Positions 35,789 to 48,899 of a stretch of DNA of 64,000 nt are shown here, in pieces. Under the pieces are notes generated by a model, which saw only the letters and a program-made list of their open reading frames with translations, was not told the DNA's origin and made no database searches. The DNA comes from Lama glama (taxonomy: Eukaryota): NCBI GenBank assembly GCA_028534125.1, contig CM052818.1, positions 45,200,001 through 45,264,000 on the forward strand, in the 5' to 3' direction. Positions within the stretch are counted from its first letter, which is position 1. Each line of letters begins with the position of its first letter. The position numbers and the translations under genes are program-made.

Positions 35789-37054
35789 CTATTTAGAAAA
35801 GCAAAAGACTTTAAAGAGTGGATGGAACTTTTCAAAACTGCCACACACTGCTCCTGGTGCACTTAAGAGAAAACACTGACCCCTGCCCGTCGGCCAGGTG
35901 GCTTACCTTCCTCATTGGTCTGCTCTCCCAGACCTTCCAGCACTCGGCCCCACAGGGAGCCCGTGGCGGGTAGGGAAGACATTAATTTTGTCCCCACTTT
36001 GCAGATATGAGGCTCGAGACATAAATGGCTTTTCTAGCATCACTCAGCAAGCAGAATCTTGTCCTAATTTCTAGCCTATATTTTTTGGTCTGGGCCCCCA
36101 CAGTCTCCACTCCAGACGCCCTCAGGCTTGGCTAGAGGTCAGCTTGGACTGACCCTGTCCTGGCTTCTATGGGGACAAATCACAGTCCAGCCCCAGGCCC
36201 AGCTGTGCCCCACGGCAGCCCCCTCCTGTTCTGCGTGGGTGGGAAGGCTCTTTTCTGTTTAGAGGCAGGTCACTGGCCTGACATTAAGGAGATCTTCTGT
36301 TCTGGAAGTTTCAGGAACACATCTCAGATCCCCTCTTGAAGTTGGCAGGGAAGTGAGACAAGGAGGGCCCAAGGCCCAGCTCTCCTGCTTTCCGATGCCC
36401 GGCCTCAGGACCCCATCTGCCCCGCAGGGGTGATAACGTCCTCCCCGAGGACTCACAACAGTGAACAAAAAATGCCCACCAGGCCCAATTCACGGGAAAC
36501 CCTCAAAACGCAGCAGCTGCTAAGACGATCACTGCGAATGAGTGTTTTGAGGTCACTGAAACCAGCAGCTCAGCGCCACAGGGAGCCCTTCTGACTTGTC
36601 TGGAGCTGTCGGGAATTGAAAACACTAGTTCCTGCCCCTCGGGGCTCACAAGTTAACAGCAGAGCCCATGAAGTGGAATTGGTTCAACAAAGCACAGCAC
36701 CCACGTCATGGAATACGGTGCCGCCGGGTAGGTTCACACATGCTGCCACCGTGGACGAGGGCCGGTCCCCGCGGCTCCTGGGAGTCTGAGCCCCTCCCCT
36801 CTCCTCCCGATTCTCTCCTCGAGCCCACGTTCAGTGGCACCTCACTGGCAGCTTCTTGCACTTGGCTACGGTAGGACTATTTACACCACATCAACAACAC
36901 AACAATCTCCCATCATGACTGCTGCCGGAACATCTCAGGAATCACTACACGGAAGAGGGAGGCAATCTGTAGGACATGAGCAATTTTGAGTTGAAATATA
37001 TATATATTTATATAGATGGGAGGACCCACTTTGGACTTTAAAATATTGGTAAGC

Positions 37055-37168
37055 TTTTTTTTAGGGAGAGGTAATCAGGTTTATTTATTTATTTTTAATG
37101 GAAGCACTGGGGATTGAACCTCATGCATGCTAAGCACGCCCTCTACCGCTGAGCTATACCTTCCCCCC
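37055..37168 (-). mobile_element. tRNA-Ala-derived SINE (Vic-1-like) with TSD
   Basis: Reverse complement reads ggtatagctcagcggtagagggcgtgcttagcatgcatgaggttcaatcccc. Flanked by aaatattggtaagcttt / aaatattggttaccttt. Confidence 0.85.
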
Positions 37169-38979
37169 TAAATATTGGTTACCTTTAGGGAGATTAAAGG
37201 GAGCAGGAGTTGCAAGGGTAGGGGTAGGTGATGTCATGGTAGGCCTTTCATGTTTTTAATCTTTCCTTTTTGATATGTTTGATTTTTAAAATAAGATTTA
37301 TAACTTTTCTTACAATTTTTAGAACCTTTTTATTTTGAAATGATTATAGATTCATGATAAATTACAAAAATGGTGCACAGAGATCCCATGTACCCATTTC
37401 CCCCACTGGTAACACCTCACAGAGCAACAGTGCCCATGTCAGTTTCCTGGTTATGCTGTACTGTTTACACCTGCAGGTCCTGGGAGATGCCACTCGGCCT
37501 CTCAGCCAGCTTCTCCACCTGAAATCAGAGGAAGGTGATACCTGGCCCATAGGGGTGACGTGGGACATAACAGCCCAGTGTGGTTCCAGGCACAGGGGGA
37601 GTGCTAGCCAAGTTTTCCTGCCAAAGTCACTCTCTGGGTCCCCAGGACTAGAAGAAGCCGGGTTCTGTCCTCTACAACTGCTCTGCTCCCCAATCAGCCG
37701 AAGCCCCGATGTGCCCAGAGCCCTCATCACTGCCTGCATCCCCAGAACAGCCATGCCAGTGAGCACTGTCCCAAGTGGGCGTAGAGCACAGCCCTGCCCA
37801 CCCTGCCCTGCTCAGCCTCGCCTCACTCGCGCTGGGTGGGGTGTGGCCAGCCCCACAAACTACCGTGTACTTCCAGGTTTGGAGTGGGGGTACACCATGC
37901 CCTCCCGGATGCCGCACCTGACACAGGTGCTCTGAGAGCCCCTCCTTGAAGACCCTTCCAGAATCACTGCCTAATTGTCCCAGGAGGGGCTGGGACCTCT
38001 GTGATGTAAGGGATGCCCAGTGAGCCACACTCAGATTCCCGAGCTTCCTGGCCCCACCTGCGTCCCCAGAGACACAGGCCGGGCACCAGCCTGCCAGCAG
38101 GAGATCTGCAGGACTACACAGGGGTGGGTCCTGGCGGCCCATCTCTGTCATCTGAGCCGCCCAGCCACACCTGAGTGGCTCTGCCGCCCTGAGACAACAG
38201 GAAGGCTTTGTTCCTGGTCTGGCTGAGATGTTCTCCCAGCCGCCCAGCCATGGGAGACATCACCTTTTAGGGGCTTCGTGTATTTGGAGGGAGTGAGGGA
38301 CAGCGGTTACAAACAGCAGCCTAAACCTCTGAATCTTCATCAGCGCTACCCTCAGGGAGACCAGCAGGGGCCAACACACTGGGGGGCACCTGCACTGTCC
38401 CCAGAGGGCTCTGCCTCTGTGCTTTTATTTAAGAAACAGGACCGGAGGCCACCACTCACCGAGATGGTGAAATCACGGGGGCAGTGCTCACTGTCCTCCC
38501 TGGGGTCAAGGTGACTGGGCAGGGCTGACTTCTCCATCAGCACCTCTCAAAGGGGAGCATAGTGAATGGGCACCAGGATCTGGGGTCAGAACACTGGTGG
38601 CTCAGAGCATCCGTCGAGAGGAGTGCCCTATAAGATGCAACCATCCTGCCAAGTAACAGGTCTGGAAGAGGTGTAGGGTGGACAGGTGATCAGCAACCCA
38701 TTTCAGGGCTGCCCTGAAACCCAAAGGTCTCTGACCTTGCCCGGGATATGGAGGGCCACCTCAGAAACTCACTGGGACCCAATCAGGGCTGGCAAGATGG
38801 GGAGGAACCCCACTCAGGGTCACTGGGCAGGGAAAGAACCCACCCAGCCTCCCCCCTGGCCTCCTGGAAAGTCCCTCTTGGCTTTGCTAGAATCCAAACA
38901 CAGTGTAGATCCCCCCAGATCATCAATGTCCCCTGTCACAGAAGTGTAACTGTCCCCCAGGAGGAGGCCCTTCTCTTAC

Positions 38980-39074
38980 CTTCGCTATGGTGTCCACCAC
39001 GCTCACCAGCGGCTGCTTCACAGGGTACTTGGCCATGTCCCATTCAAAGCGAGTCACGAAGGATGTTAAGTCAA
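38980..39074 (-). CDS. ATP6V1C2: ATP6V1C2 exon 5 ([32 protein letters not shown])
   Basis: ttgcag acceptor, gtaaga donor, 95 nt; FEWDMAKYP motif. Confidence 0.97.
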
Positions 39075-41519
39075 CTGCAAGAACACAGACACACTTCAGC
39101 AGACGAGCAGACTGCCCACGTCTCACCCAAGCCGAGCATCACCCCTTAAACCAAGGAAGTAATTAGAGAAACGGAAAGACAGACTCAGGGCTCCCTCCAG
39201 GAGAGGAGACTTTCCCCGCAGGAGCAGAGGGTCGAGCCAGCTAGCTGCCCACCAGCCAGGACGGTCGGCAGCCCCTAAACCCCTCGGGAGAGTCCGTCAC
39301 AGCCCCGGGGACGCTGTAACAGGTGCACTCCTGCGCCCAGACTCTCAAACTGCCGCCCCAGAGACGGGCGTGAGGGAGGTCCTGCTTCCCAGGAGGTGGC
39401 TGCAAAGTCAGACATTCCAGGCACCAGGCACATTCTCCTCCTTTTCCAGTTGGTTCGGCCACACCCCCTGCTGGATTATCACTCTGTTTCGAGGTGCCCA
39501 CCGGCACGCCAGAGAGCCTCAGGCCAACCCCCGAGGACACCACAGCCCATCACGGGCGCCATCTGCTTGGAAGATGAGCCACTTTCCTGTCCCCTGCACC
39601 CCAGCCCCAGACAGAGGCCATCGCCACAAACGCCTGCTTTATTTAAAGAAGGCGTTTTCAACATTGGCAAAATACTGGAGTTTGTGACTGTGGTTTTTAA
39701 TCCCTGCTATGGATGTCAGGTTATATCCTTTATACGGAAGCCTGAAGTGAGTAGAACAAATCAGCATTTTCTCAACAAATTTCCTTTTTCCCCTAACTTT
39801 CTCCAAAAACAAACCTAAACCTGTGTCCTCGGGGTGTTTGTGATTCTCTCTAACCGGCCGTGGGTGGAGAAGGGGGCTTGGAGGTCAGACAGCAGCACTG
39901 AGGGGCCCCTGAGCACTTTAGTAAGTAAACCTCTTTGCACCTCAGTCTTTTTACCTGAGAAGTGGGGACGCAGAGGAGTGTCTGCACACCCCTTCCTTGA
40001 GGGCCTATTCTTCTCAGGTGAGCTCTAGGCACAGTTAAAGGTGCCACCCGGGGGGCTAGCTGCTGGTTACACCCCAGTTTGTGTATGACATGCTAAGGTG
40101 GCCCCCAGAATTCCTTGAACCCCAGAAAAATGGGCCTTGCTATTTGGATTCTCCCCTAGGTGATGTGGACGCCGGCCCTTCCCAGTGTATCCTCACGCAG
40201 ATGAAAAGGACTGATCACTGCTCCCTCAACATTCAGTTGGACAGCAAACCACAGCCCCCTCGACGTCAAGGTGCTCAGTTTCCTGGGGAGACAACTAGTC
40301 AAACAGGGCAGCACCATGAGCCAAGTAACACGAGGTAGCAGGAGCTGAGGAAGGACGGGAGAGCCGGCACCGCCTCCTATCCTGGCGGGGCTCAGAGGGC
40401 CTCGCTGGGACACCATATTCATGCGGGGGCTGAAGGTGGCCAGTGAAAGAGGGCGCTGGGTGTCAGGCAGGGTGGACCAGTGAACATCACAGCTGGAGCG
40501 CAGGGAATCCCTGGGTCAAGCCAATGGACCAGAGAGTGTGGACGGAGGTGGGACAGGATGGCCAGGGCGAGGTTGGGGAAAGTCACCTTTGCATCTCCTC
40601 CTGTGGCGACAAAGACACCAGGCTCACTTACGGAGCCTCTCTTATGTGCCAGGAGGTGGACACACATCCCTCCAACTCTGACCGCAGTGCTGAGGGCTCA
40701 CCGAGCCCGCCGGGACACCAAGCCTCTGCGGGCTGCGTCGCCAGGCAAGGACATCCGTGCTCAGAGGAGGCTTCTCTGGGGCTTTGAGGGAAAGAGGAGG
40801 AAAAGCTAAGAGGCGCCAAAGCCCTGGGAATAGAGACCGGAGCCAACTCAACAGGATGCAGGGGCAGTCACCCATGGAGCGCGAAGGAGGCTTGGGGGAC
40901 AGCTGGATTTCCAGGTTGGGGGGCTGGGTGGGAGGACAGGACATTCACCACGCCCGGCAGCCTGGAGGCAGCAGTGTGGGGAGAGCAGAGGAGAGAGGAG
41001 CTGGGCCCAGCTGGGCACAAGCATGAGTCTGGTATGTGGGTGGACAGGTCCCCACGAAGCAGACAGAAATGAAATGGGGCTCAAAGGAGGGAACCGGCCT
41101 GCGGGCAGAGCTGTCAGCCCAAAGAGGGTCAGAAGGGCCTTAAGAAAAGGATGACGATGCTGACGAAGACCACTGCAGTAGCTGACACTTACGGGTGGTT
41201 GACCCTGGGCAGGACACATGAATTATCTCATTTACTCTTCACTCCCACTCAGTACTATTACTAACCCCATTTTAGAAAGAAGAAAACTCTGGTGTAGAGA
41301 GAGTTACGTAACCTCTGTCAGAAAATGAGACGAGGCATGTGAGCACGTGGAAGCCACACCCCCACCCCCGCCCCATCCTCCCCCAAGCACAGCCACGCTG
41401 CAGTGGGACGGGGACCCCCCACTGTCACCCCTTCACAAAACCACACACCCATACCTCTGGTCACTGACTTAGAGAGGTCCTTGCTTCAGATTCCAAAGGT
41501 GCCGGGCTCGACAAGGGTG

Positions 41520-41755
41520 CCTCTGGGACACCAAGGGTGGGGTTCTGACCCAATTGGACTAGTGCCCGTATAAGGGGACACCAGAGAGCTTCCTCTCCCT
41601 CTCTCCCTGTGCTTGCACCAAGAAAGGGCCGTGTGAGCACCTTGACCTTGGACTTCCAGCCTCTAGCACTGTGAGAGATGAATGGCTGTAGTTTAAGCCT
41701 CTGGTCTGCAGTATTTTGATCCAGCAGCGCAAGCTGACTGGTACAGATTTTGGTA
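41520..41755 (+). mobile_element. MLT1 (ERVL-MaLR) LTR fragment
   Basis: accttgaccttggacttccagcctctagcactgtgaga...tttaagcc...gtatttt...gctgactggtaca, followed by gattttggta. Confidence 0.7.
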
Positions 41756-42951
41756 TTAACTTGCTATTAATGTGGATTTGGGGATTGCCACACTACAGCA
41801 GGGAAGTGACTTTGTAGGAAGGATCCAGGCTTGGAAGGAACTGAATTAAGATCTGGATGATGGCAGAGGCAGAATCAGAAGGTCACAAAAGACTCCTCGT
41901 GTGCCAGCAGTCGTCCCTGTGCCCGCTACTGAACCCTACATGATGGTCACATGCCTCCTGTGCTGGCCACACGCTGACAGGTGGGAGCCATCGTCCACCC
42001 CAAAGGCCCGGGAAGAACCCGCCCTGGGCAGATGCTGGGCAGATGTGCGCTCCGAGGGCCCCTCCCACTCTTCCTCCCCCCTCGCCATCACCAGACCCCA
42101 TGGGCACACCACCCCCCAAGCCAAGCCCACTCATTCTCTCTCTCACCACTGTCTTTGTCCTACAAAATCAGGATGGAGGCCAACTGCTGAAAGCCTGTCC
42201 CACTATCCTGCAGATGCTCACCTGTCCCATCACAATAAGGACACCACACGGTCACCCTCAAGTCCCTTGCTCTTTCTGCTGCTTGAGAGCAGTTGACTAT
42301 CTCTGTGTCCCCAGAGCCTGGGACAGGGCCCAGCAGGGAGCAAGTCCCCTATACAAGAATCTTCCTAATAACCCGGGTTATTGTACTAACACTATCCGGT
42401 CGCTTGGAAGAGATACATTTCAGACAAGCTCTTATCTCCTGCATTTTCACAAATTCCAAGGCCTTCATGGCACTCAGACCAAGGAGAATGCACCCGCCTT
42501 TCCACTTGAACTCCTGTAGTTCCTTAAAGACTTAGCCCGTCTCCTCATGGATGCTCCCAAGCACTTGGTTCCCATGTCCTTCCCAGCACCCAAGGCGCTG
42601 TGGGTCTGTCCCCCAGACCGCGAGCTCCTGAGGGCAATTATCTCTGAACGACCAGCACCCGGCACGTTTGGTACTCAGTAGCCAAGCACAAGGATCTGAT
42701 GAAGGAGGGCAGAGGTTAGATAAGGAGACCTGAAGATCTCTGCAGAAGCCTCGAGAAACCTATGGTTTGTGACTGTGACTTCCTCCTTCTCTGACACAAT
42801 CCTCTCCCGGGTCCAGAGCACTGGCTCCAGCTCCAGACCCTGCCCCTTGCCCTGGCTCAAGCATCCAAGGGCGGTTTTGCCTCCTCCACGCACATTGCCT
42901 TTGGTAAGAATGTGGTCTGGGGACCATCCTCCCCTTTAGAAAGGAGCAGCC

Positions 42952-43120
42952 TGGAGGGCAGAGTGTGTGCTTAGCATGCATGAGGTCCTGGGCTCAATCC
43001 CCAGCACCTCTGCTAAAAAAAAAAGAAAGAAAAGAAAAGAAACAAATAGACAAACCTAACTACCTCCCCTCCCCACGCTCCCAAAAAAATTCTGTTAAAG
43101 GAAAAAAAAAAACAACAACA
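42952..43120 (+). mobile_element. tRNA-Ala-derived SINE (Vic-1-like)
   Basis: gtgcttagcatgcatgaggtcctgggctcaatccccagcacctc + A-rich linker + aaacctaactacctcccc + A tail. Confidence 0.8.
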
Positions 43121-45908
43121 ATGCAGCAGCCCCCGGGCCTCCCCGTGCTCCCAGCTCTGCGGCTGCCTCTCCGCCTGATCAGGAAAGGACAGCCCCCACC
43201 ACCCCACCCCGCTGAAGTCAGCGAGGCCTGGGCTCCAGGGAGCAGTGCGGGGCTTGGATCGAGGAACTATGAGGTCAGACCAGGAACCGGGTAAGCTCAC
43301 TCCGAATCAAAACACGCTGGACACAGGTGGCTGCTCTTGAGCAACAATGATCTCATCTAAGAACCAAAACAAGGCCTTCCGGGCAGCAGCAGAATGAAGG
43401 ACCCCTCCAGCGGGTTATGACTCCGCACAGTCTAGGGCCCGGGCCAGACCACGGTGTGTTTGCTCAGCGTCTGCTGCAATCCAACACGTCTGTGTCCTTC
43501 CACTCTTGAAGCGTAGCAAAAGGCAAAGAACCAACAAAAACAAAAGGTGCCCGGGCAAAGCAAAGAGTCCGGAAAGAGATTAAGTCCATTGACAGGTGAG
43601 AAAATCAAGTCCCAGGGAGGTGGCCTGCTAAGGTCTCAAGGGACTAGGCCTGACTGCTTCCAGGCTGGTGCTGCTGGCCTGCCAGGAAACACTGCCCCCA
43701 AGTCCCAGGTGTGTCCTGGAGGAGGTCAGGTTAAAATCCCACTGGCAGGGGACAACACTGAATTCCTCCAGTGAATTCTGACAGTCACTAGTTAACATGG
43801 ATGCTCTGCAGACAAAAAATATTTCCCCATTCAAATAATATCAGGAAAGCCTGAGCCAAACTAAGTTGTTTGGAAGGCCTCTTGGTAGGAGCACTTTTCA
43901 GAGCCTTTATGAAGGTTTAGGAGTCGGCCACGTGCTCTGCCCAGCGCCCTGACCTCTGTTTGCATAGGGCTGGTGTACAGAACAGGACTGAGAAGCTCTA
44001 GTCTTGCAAGGTGTGGGGCCCCGACTTCCAGGAGGCCTAGAGATAATGACACATACACACAGATAAAGCTGAGTTCTCTCCTGAGAAGAAAGGCAGCCGG
44101 CTCGGTGCTATGTGAACAGGGGATGGATACTGTGTAATGATAACATCTAATTTTAATTGACCTGAATTTTGAGTAGAATGTAAGCATTCTGATCACTTTT
44201 AATGTGAACTTGAATCCTCGATTCCTAAAGACCAAGTTTTTACATAGAAAAGTAGCTCTCTACTGTTAAGTCAGCTCTTCGGTCTAGGGCCCCGTGAGTC
44301 ACCTGCTGGGAAGTAAGACCAGCTGATCACTTGAACAAAATAATTTTTTAAATTAACATCAGCAAGAAATCTCAGTGTAACTAACAGATTGCATTTGGGA
44401 AGGCATTTTGGTAACTTCTAAATCCATAAAGATTTGTGTTCATCCAAAAAGGATTTGCTGGCTTTAATTCCACCAGTCTGAGTGGACTGGAGAAGCCCCA
44501 AAGCAAATGGCACCTTCTAAGCCAGAAATGAGAAATGGCCTTTTTGGTCACAGGGACTGCCCCAACGGCTCGAGGGAAGAAGGCTCCTGGTATCAATGAA
44601 CCCCAATCAAAGCAGCACAAAGCCAAGCTTGGCATTTAAGCTGTCAGGGTCCACAAGATGGCCAGCCTCCAAGAGCAGGCGGGAGGATGCTGGGGACAGC
44701 CATCAGGGCAAAAAGCAGACCAACAACCAGAAGATACAAAAGCCCGTCTTGAGCTCCGGGGTCAAAGCATTCTCCATTCCGGGAGGCATGCGGGGCTGCT
44801 GGGGGAGGCAAGGGAGACGCAGGAAAGAGGGGAAGGAAAAAGGAAGTTGCTCTCTGTGTTATCTGGATAAGGTGACCAAGCTGTGAGGTTGTCACTTGAG
44901 AAATCCATCATAACCTGGTCACTGTATCCCCACAACCAGACTGAAATTCCCCTTTCCCCAGGACATGCGGGGTCACACCGGGCACGCACACGGCAAACAA
45001 CGCACAACCTACTCTTTAGATATTTCATTTTTTCCTTCAAACCTGCAATGTAATAAGGTGAAGTTATTAGACCACATTCACATACAAAACCAGGTTCAGA
45101 CTGGGGACTGTGGGCATTTCCATTTATCAATTTAATAAAAATTATAAAAAAATAAATTTAATAAAATTAATAAAAAGCTTTCCAATGTTCCTAGGGGGAA
45201 TAAATGTGAATTTCTATGCCATAAATAATAGAAATGTGAATTATGGAATATATGCTTTCATTTTTCAGGATATACTCACGCATAGAGTCACTCTACAGAT
45301 GAGCATCTAATTCTGAGGTTTCCTAAGCCTCAGAAATTTTGTCCTGCATATTTTAAGTGCACTGATTGTATGTCCATAATTAATGGACCAAAACGACATT
45401 GGAATCTAAGTATTTATCCTATTAGCACAGAGGAGAGTCCAAATACAAACAGAAATTCCACATGCAAACACGCTACACAAAGCGTTTTTGGCTTAAACCT
45501 CATCTATTTACTGGGCACAATGGAAGGCTTAGATTTGAGGCTTTCCTCAGCAATGAAGGTACTTTCCAGCCTCATTTAGGGAAAGGGATAAATCGACTGG
45601 GGGACAGGGATGAAATATTCCACGTGGGACGGAGCAGAGGCTGATAGAGAAGGTGGTGGCGGGGACACCAACCATTAGACCCTTTAGAATGAGACAGAGG
45701 ATCATATGCTTGTAAAGGGGCTCGTCCTCAAAAGAGCAGCGCCACTGAGCTCTAAGTGGGGTGGATGGCCCATCCCATGTGTCAGTTTGGAGCCTCCGTG
45801 GTGACTGGATCATTTCCGCCAATATGTGCGGCCACAGCTGGGGCCACCAATGGGCAGGAATGAGCTGGGAAAGTGCCATGAAAGTGCGCTTCAGGGACCG
45901 GGGCCTAC

Positions 45909-45994
45909 CTCCGTTGGCCAGGAGGTTCTCCTGGACCTTCCCCTTCGCATCTTCCATAACTTCCACCACGCTCTGGGCCATTCTCTTTATGAGG
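45909..45994 (-). CDS. ATP6V1C2: ATP6V1C2 exon 4 ([28 protein letters not shown])
   Basis: ccaaag acceptor, gtaggc donor, 86 nt. Confidence 0.95.
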
Positions 45995-46574
45995 CTTTGG
46001 GGAAAGAAATAAAAGACGGTTAGAGCAGGAACCCACCCTCAGAATCCTCTCACTCTCCGCTGGCGGGAAAAGGAATGGGGCCACCTTTTGGGAGAATAAT
46101 CTGGCAATACATGTGAGGGCTCCACTTGCGAACAAGTACTTGAACCAGTATTTCCACTTCTGGGAAACTATCTTAAGGAAATAGGACAAACAGAAAAGGC
46201 TTTCTGAATAAGAAGATGTCCTTCACAGCAATGTGGCTGACTGAAAAACTGGAAACCACTGGAAGGTTCGACAATAGAGGATTGTTTAAATTAATGATGG
46301 GATACCCAGCAGAGGGATTATTAAGCAGCCATTGAAAATAAGGTTTACAAAGAATTTCTAGTTTCGTGGAACAAGGCAAGTATTATAATGTTACTTGGAA
46401 AAATAATCAAGATACAAATTTGTAGACAGTATGGCCGTAACTATGTGAACAGGTTCTTCCTGCTTCACATATTTTCTATTATGATCCAGTATTGTTTTGA
46501 TCATGAGAAAATGAAAACTTAAAGTCTCCAGAAAATGTACTGAAGACTTCAGAGAGTATGAGAAAGGAAAGGAC

Positions 46575-46750
46575 ATTATGGGATTTGGAAGCAGAAGGGC
46601 TCAAATTCACTATGGCTCTGCCGGATGGATGATTTCGGCCAGATCTATTTAATCTCTTTGAGCCTCAGTTCTCTTCTCTGGAAAATGCAGATAATACCTA
46701 TTTTGCAGGACTGTGATAAATATTAATATAACTAATCAGGCACCAAGCAT
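46575..46750 (+). mobile_element. MIR SINE
   Basis: tatttaatctctttgagcctcagttctcttctctggaaaatgcagataatacct core. Confidence 0.7.
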
Positions 46751-47689
46751 CTCATAGCCAAGGGTGTCCGTTCCTGGCAGCTGAGCCACTAGAAGTCCAG
46801 TTGGAAACATGCCAACTAGGATCAAAGTCTAAAAGTTCTTAACAGCTACATCTTTGCCTCAGGCCCTCACTCATCACTCTCCCGGCTCCCAGGAGGGAGG
46901 GGATGTTTGCAAGGAGGTGGATTAGGTCACTGAATTCCAAATGGCGAATTTGGTCTTCTACTGTTGCAGGCACTAGCCATGTGGCCACTCAGAGCACGGA
47001 GTCCAGGGGGTTAGGACCCCACACAGAAGACAGGCAGAGGGCACAGAAAGGCCCCAGATTAAAGGGCGAGAGGGAGGAAGGGAGGGAAAGAAGGAAGGAT
47101 GGAAAGGAGGATGAATGGAGGCAGGGGCGGGGGAAAGCAACTTGTTTTCATATCAGACTAATACATGTTTATGGTCAAAAACTGAAAAATACAAGTATAA
47201 AGTAACAAAAAATGAACCACCCAAGAAGAAACACTTGCTTTGCATTTTGGCCTATTTCCCAAAACTTAACCCTTCCATGGTTTATATGAGTTGAGGTTTT
47301 CTTTTGATAGCACCTGCTGTTTAGGGTTTACCAAGTGCCAAGTTCTATAATCCTTGTTATTGAATCATCACAAAAATTCTTGAAGATGGGTCACATCCCA
47401 TTTTACAGATGGAAAGACTGTGGCCCAGAAAAGTAATTCACCTCCCAACTCCCTGGTCTGTCCTTGGAGCCCAAGGCTCTGGGCCATGAGGCCACACTGC
47501 TGTCTTTATGGTCACCATGGTCCATCCTGGGCTTAAATTTCCACAAATGTTTTGGCATTTCTTAGGTCAGTAGTTCTGCATCTTTCGAATGATAACTGGG
47601 GCAACGTACCCAGCTAATCTCATTCTGTTTCCTCAGCAAAATGGGGGTGATACTCCTCATTTCACAGAGTTTGAGGCAATGCTTGTAAA

Positions 47690-48020
47690 GAAGCAGGTCC
47701 CCAGGAGTTTGTGGCAGGTATCTACAGATGTGCTCTTGGCAGCCTGGTGGTTACAGCTGGGCTCCCCAGTAGATTTGACAGGAGATAGGAGGGAGGGAGA
47801 GCGGGAATCTGGTTCCCTCCAGTTCCAGTAACCGCTCTCCTCTCATCCTCTCCAGCCTAGGTGTATGACAATGCCTTTCCATCAACCTGGGTTCCCGCAC
47901 TAACCCTCGTGTTCCTCTCACAGCCCACACACAACTATAGGCCCCTTTATGAATAGACCCTTCTCCAATTATCCTAATTGGAGTGTGTTTTCTGTTATCT
48001 GTTAGAACACTGACTCGATA
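47690..48020. mobile_element. ERVL-type LTR fragment (LTR33-like)
   Basis: End motif ggagtgtgttttctgttatctgttagaacactgactcgata resembles the recalled LTR33 terminus; subfamily uncertain. Confidence 0.4.
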
Positions 48021-48899
48021 AATTCATTCGTTCATTCACTCATTCATTTAGAAAATTCTATATATTAAATTCCATATATTATAGTGCTATGAACATCGAT
48101 GCTATAACAAAACAGTCCCCACTCTCAGTGAGCTGCTATCTGATGCTGTCAACTGTCCTTCTTTATCATTATTTTAGTGCTGCCCAGAGGTTGCTGTCTC
48201 CTATTACCATTTCCTCTGTGATACTTTGAGTAATCTCTTTAGGCGAAGGTAGTAGGAACTCCAGCCCTGATCGCAATTCCAGATGCACAGCAGCTGTTCA
48301 GGAAATGTTTGTTAAGTGAATAAATGAACTCTGGCACTTCATAGCACTTAAATAACACACATGCTTCCTTCTTAATCAACTTAAAAGCAGAACTCACTTA
48401 CCATGTTATGAATGACTCTGCTGTTCCCGATTCTAGCCTCTGGGGCTTTTAACTATAACAGGTACCACCCCAGCCTGCCCCTAGGCATGCACCACCATGG
48501 AACATCTCAGCATAGCATGATCTGATGAAGTTTAACTGCTGGAAAAACCACTTACTGCACATGACAAAAATGTCCCTGACCTAGATGTGATCATTAACTA
48601 CAGTTATGAAGAAAGTGGGGTATTACCAAATCAGAACATTTTTCTCATTGGCAGGAATCCAAGAGTCTATGTGCTGTTTTAAATTTACTTTTTCCATTTT
48701 ACAGTTCCTTGTGAAAAACTTGTCACATCACAGGAGTGCTTCCTCCTTCCTTTCTTGGACTGCATAGCATTTCATTGCATGGCTGTATCATAACTAATTC
48801 TTTCTATTAAATATTTGGGTTGTTTATGCTCTGTTCTGATTGCTGTTTTTGATCACAGATATAGAAACAAAGAGGTAGGTGGCCATGTTGTTATCCCTC

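Larger units (their letters stand above)
21065..45994 (-). other. ATP6V1C2: ATP6V1C2 gene span (V-ATPase V1 subunit C2), coding exons 4-14; exons 1-3 outside window, so 45995-64000 is intron 3
   Basis: Eleven exons splice in frame (86+95+92+99+69+93+94+138+98+133+90 = 1087 nt) to the V-ATPase subunit C sequence ending [16 protein letters not shown]. The 46-aa cassette and adjacency to PDIA6 identify the C2 paralogue. Confidence 0.97.

Noticed and set aside
36500..36552. cctcaaaacgc...gtgttttgagg inverted repeat
   Set aside because: A single short stem with a long loop; no array, so not CRISPR-like, and too short for a pre-miRNA.
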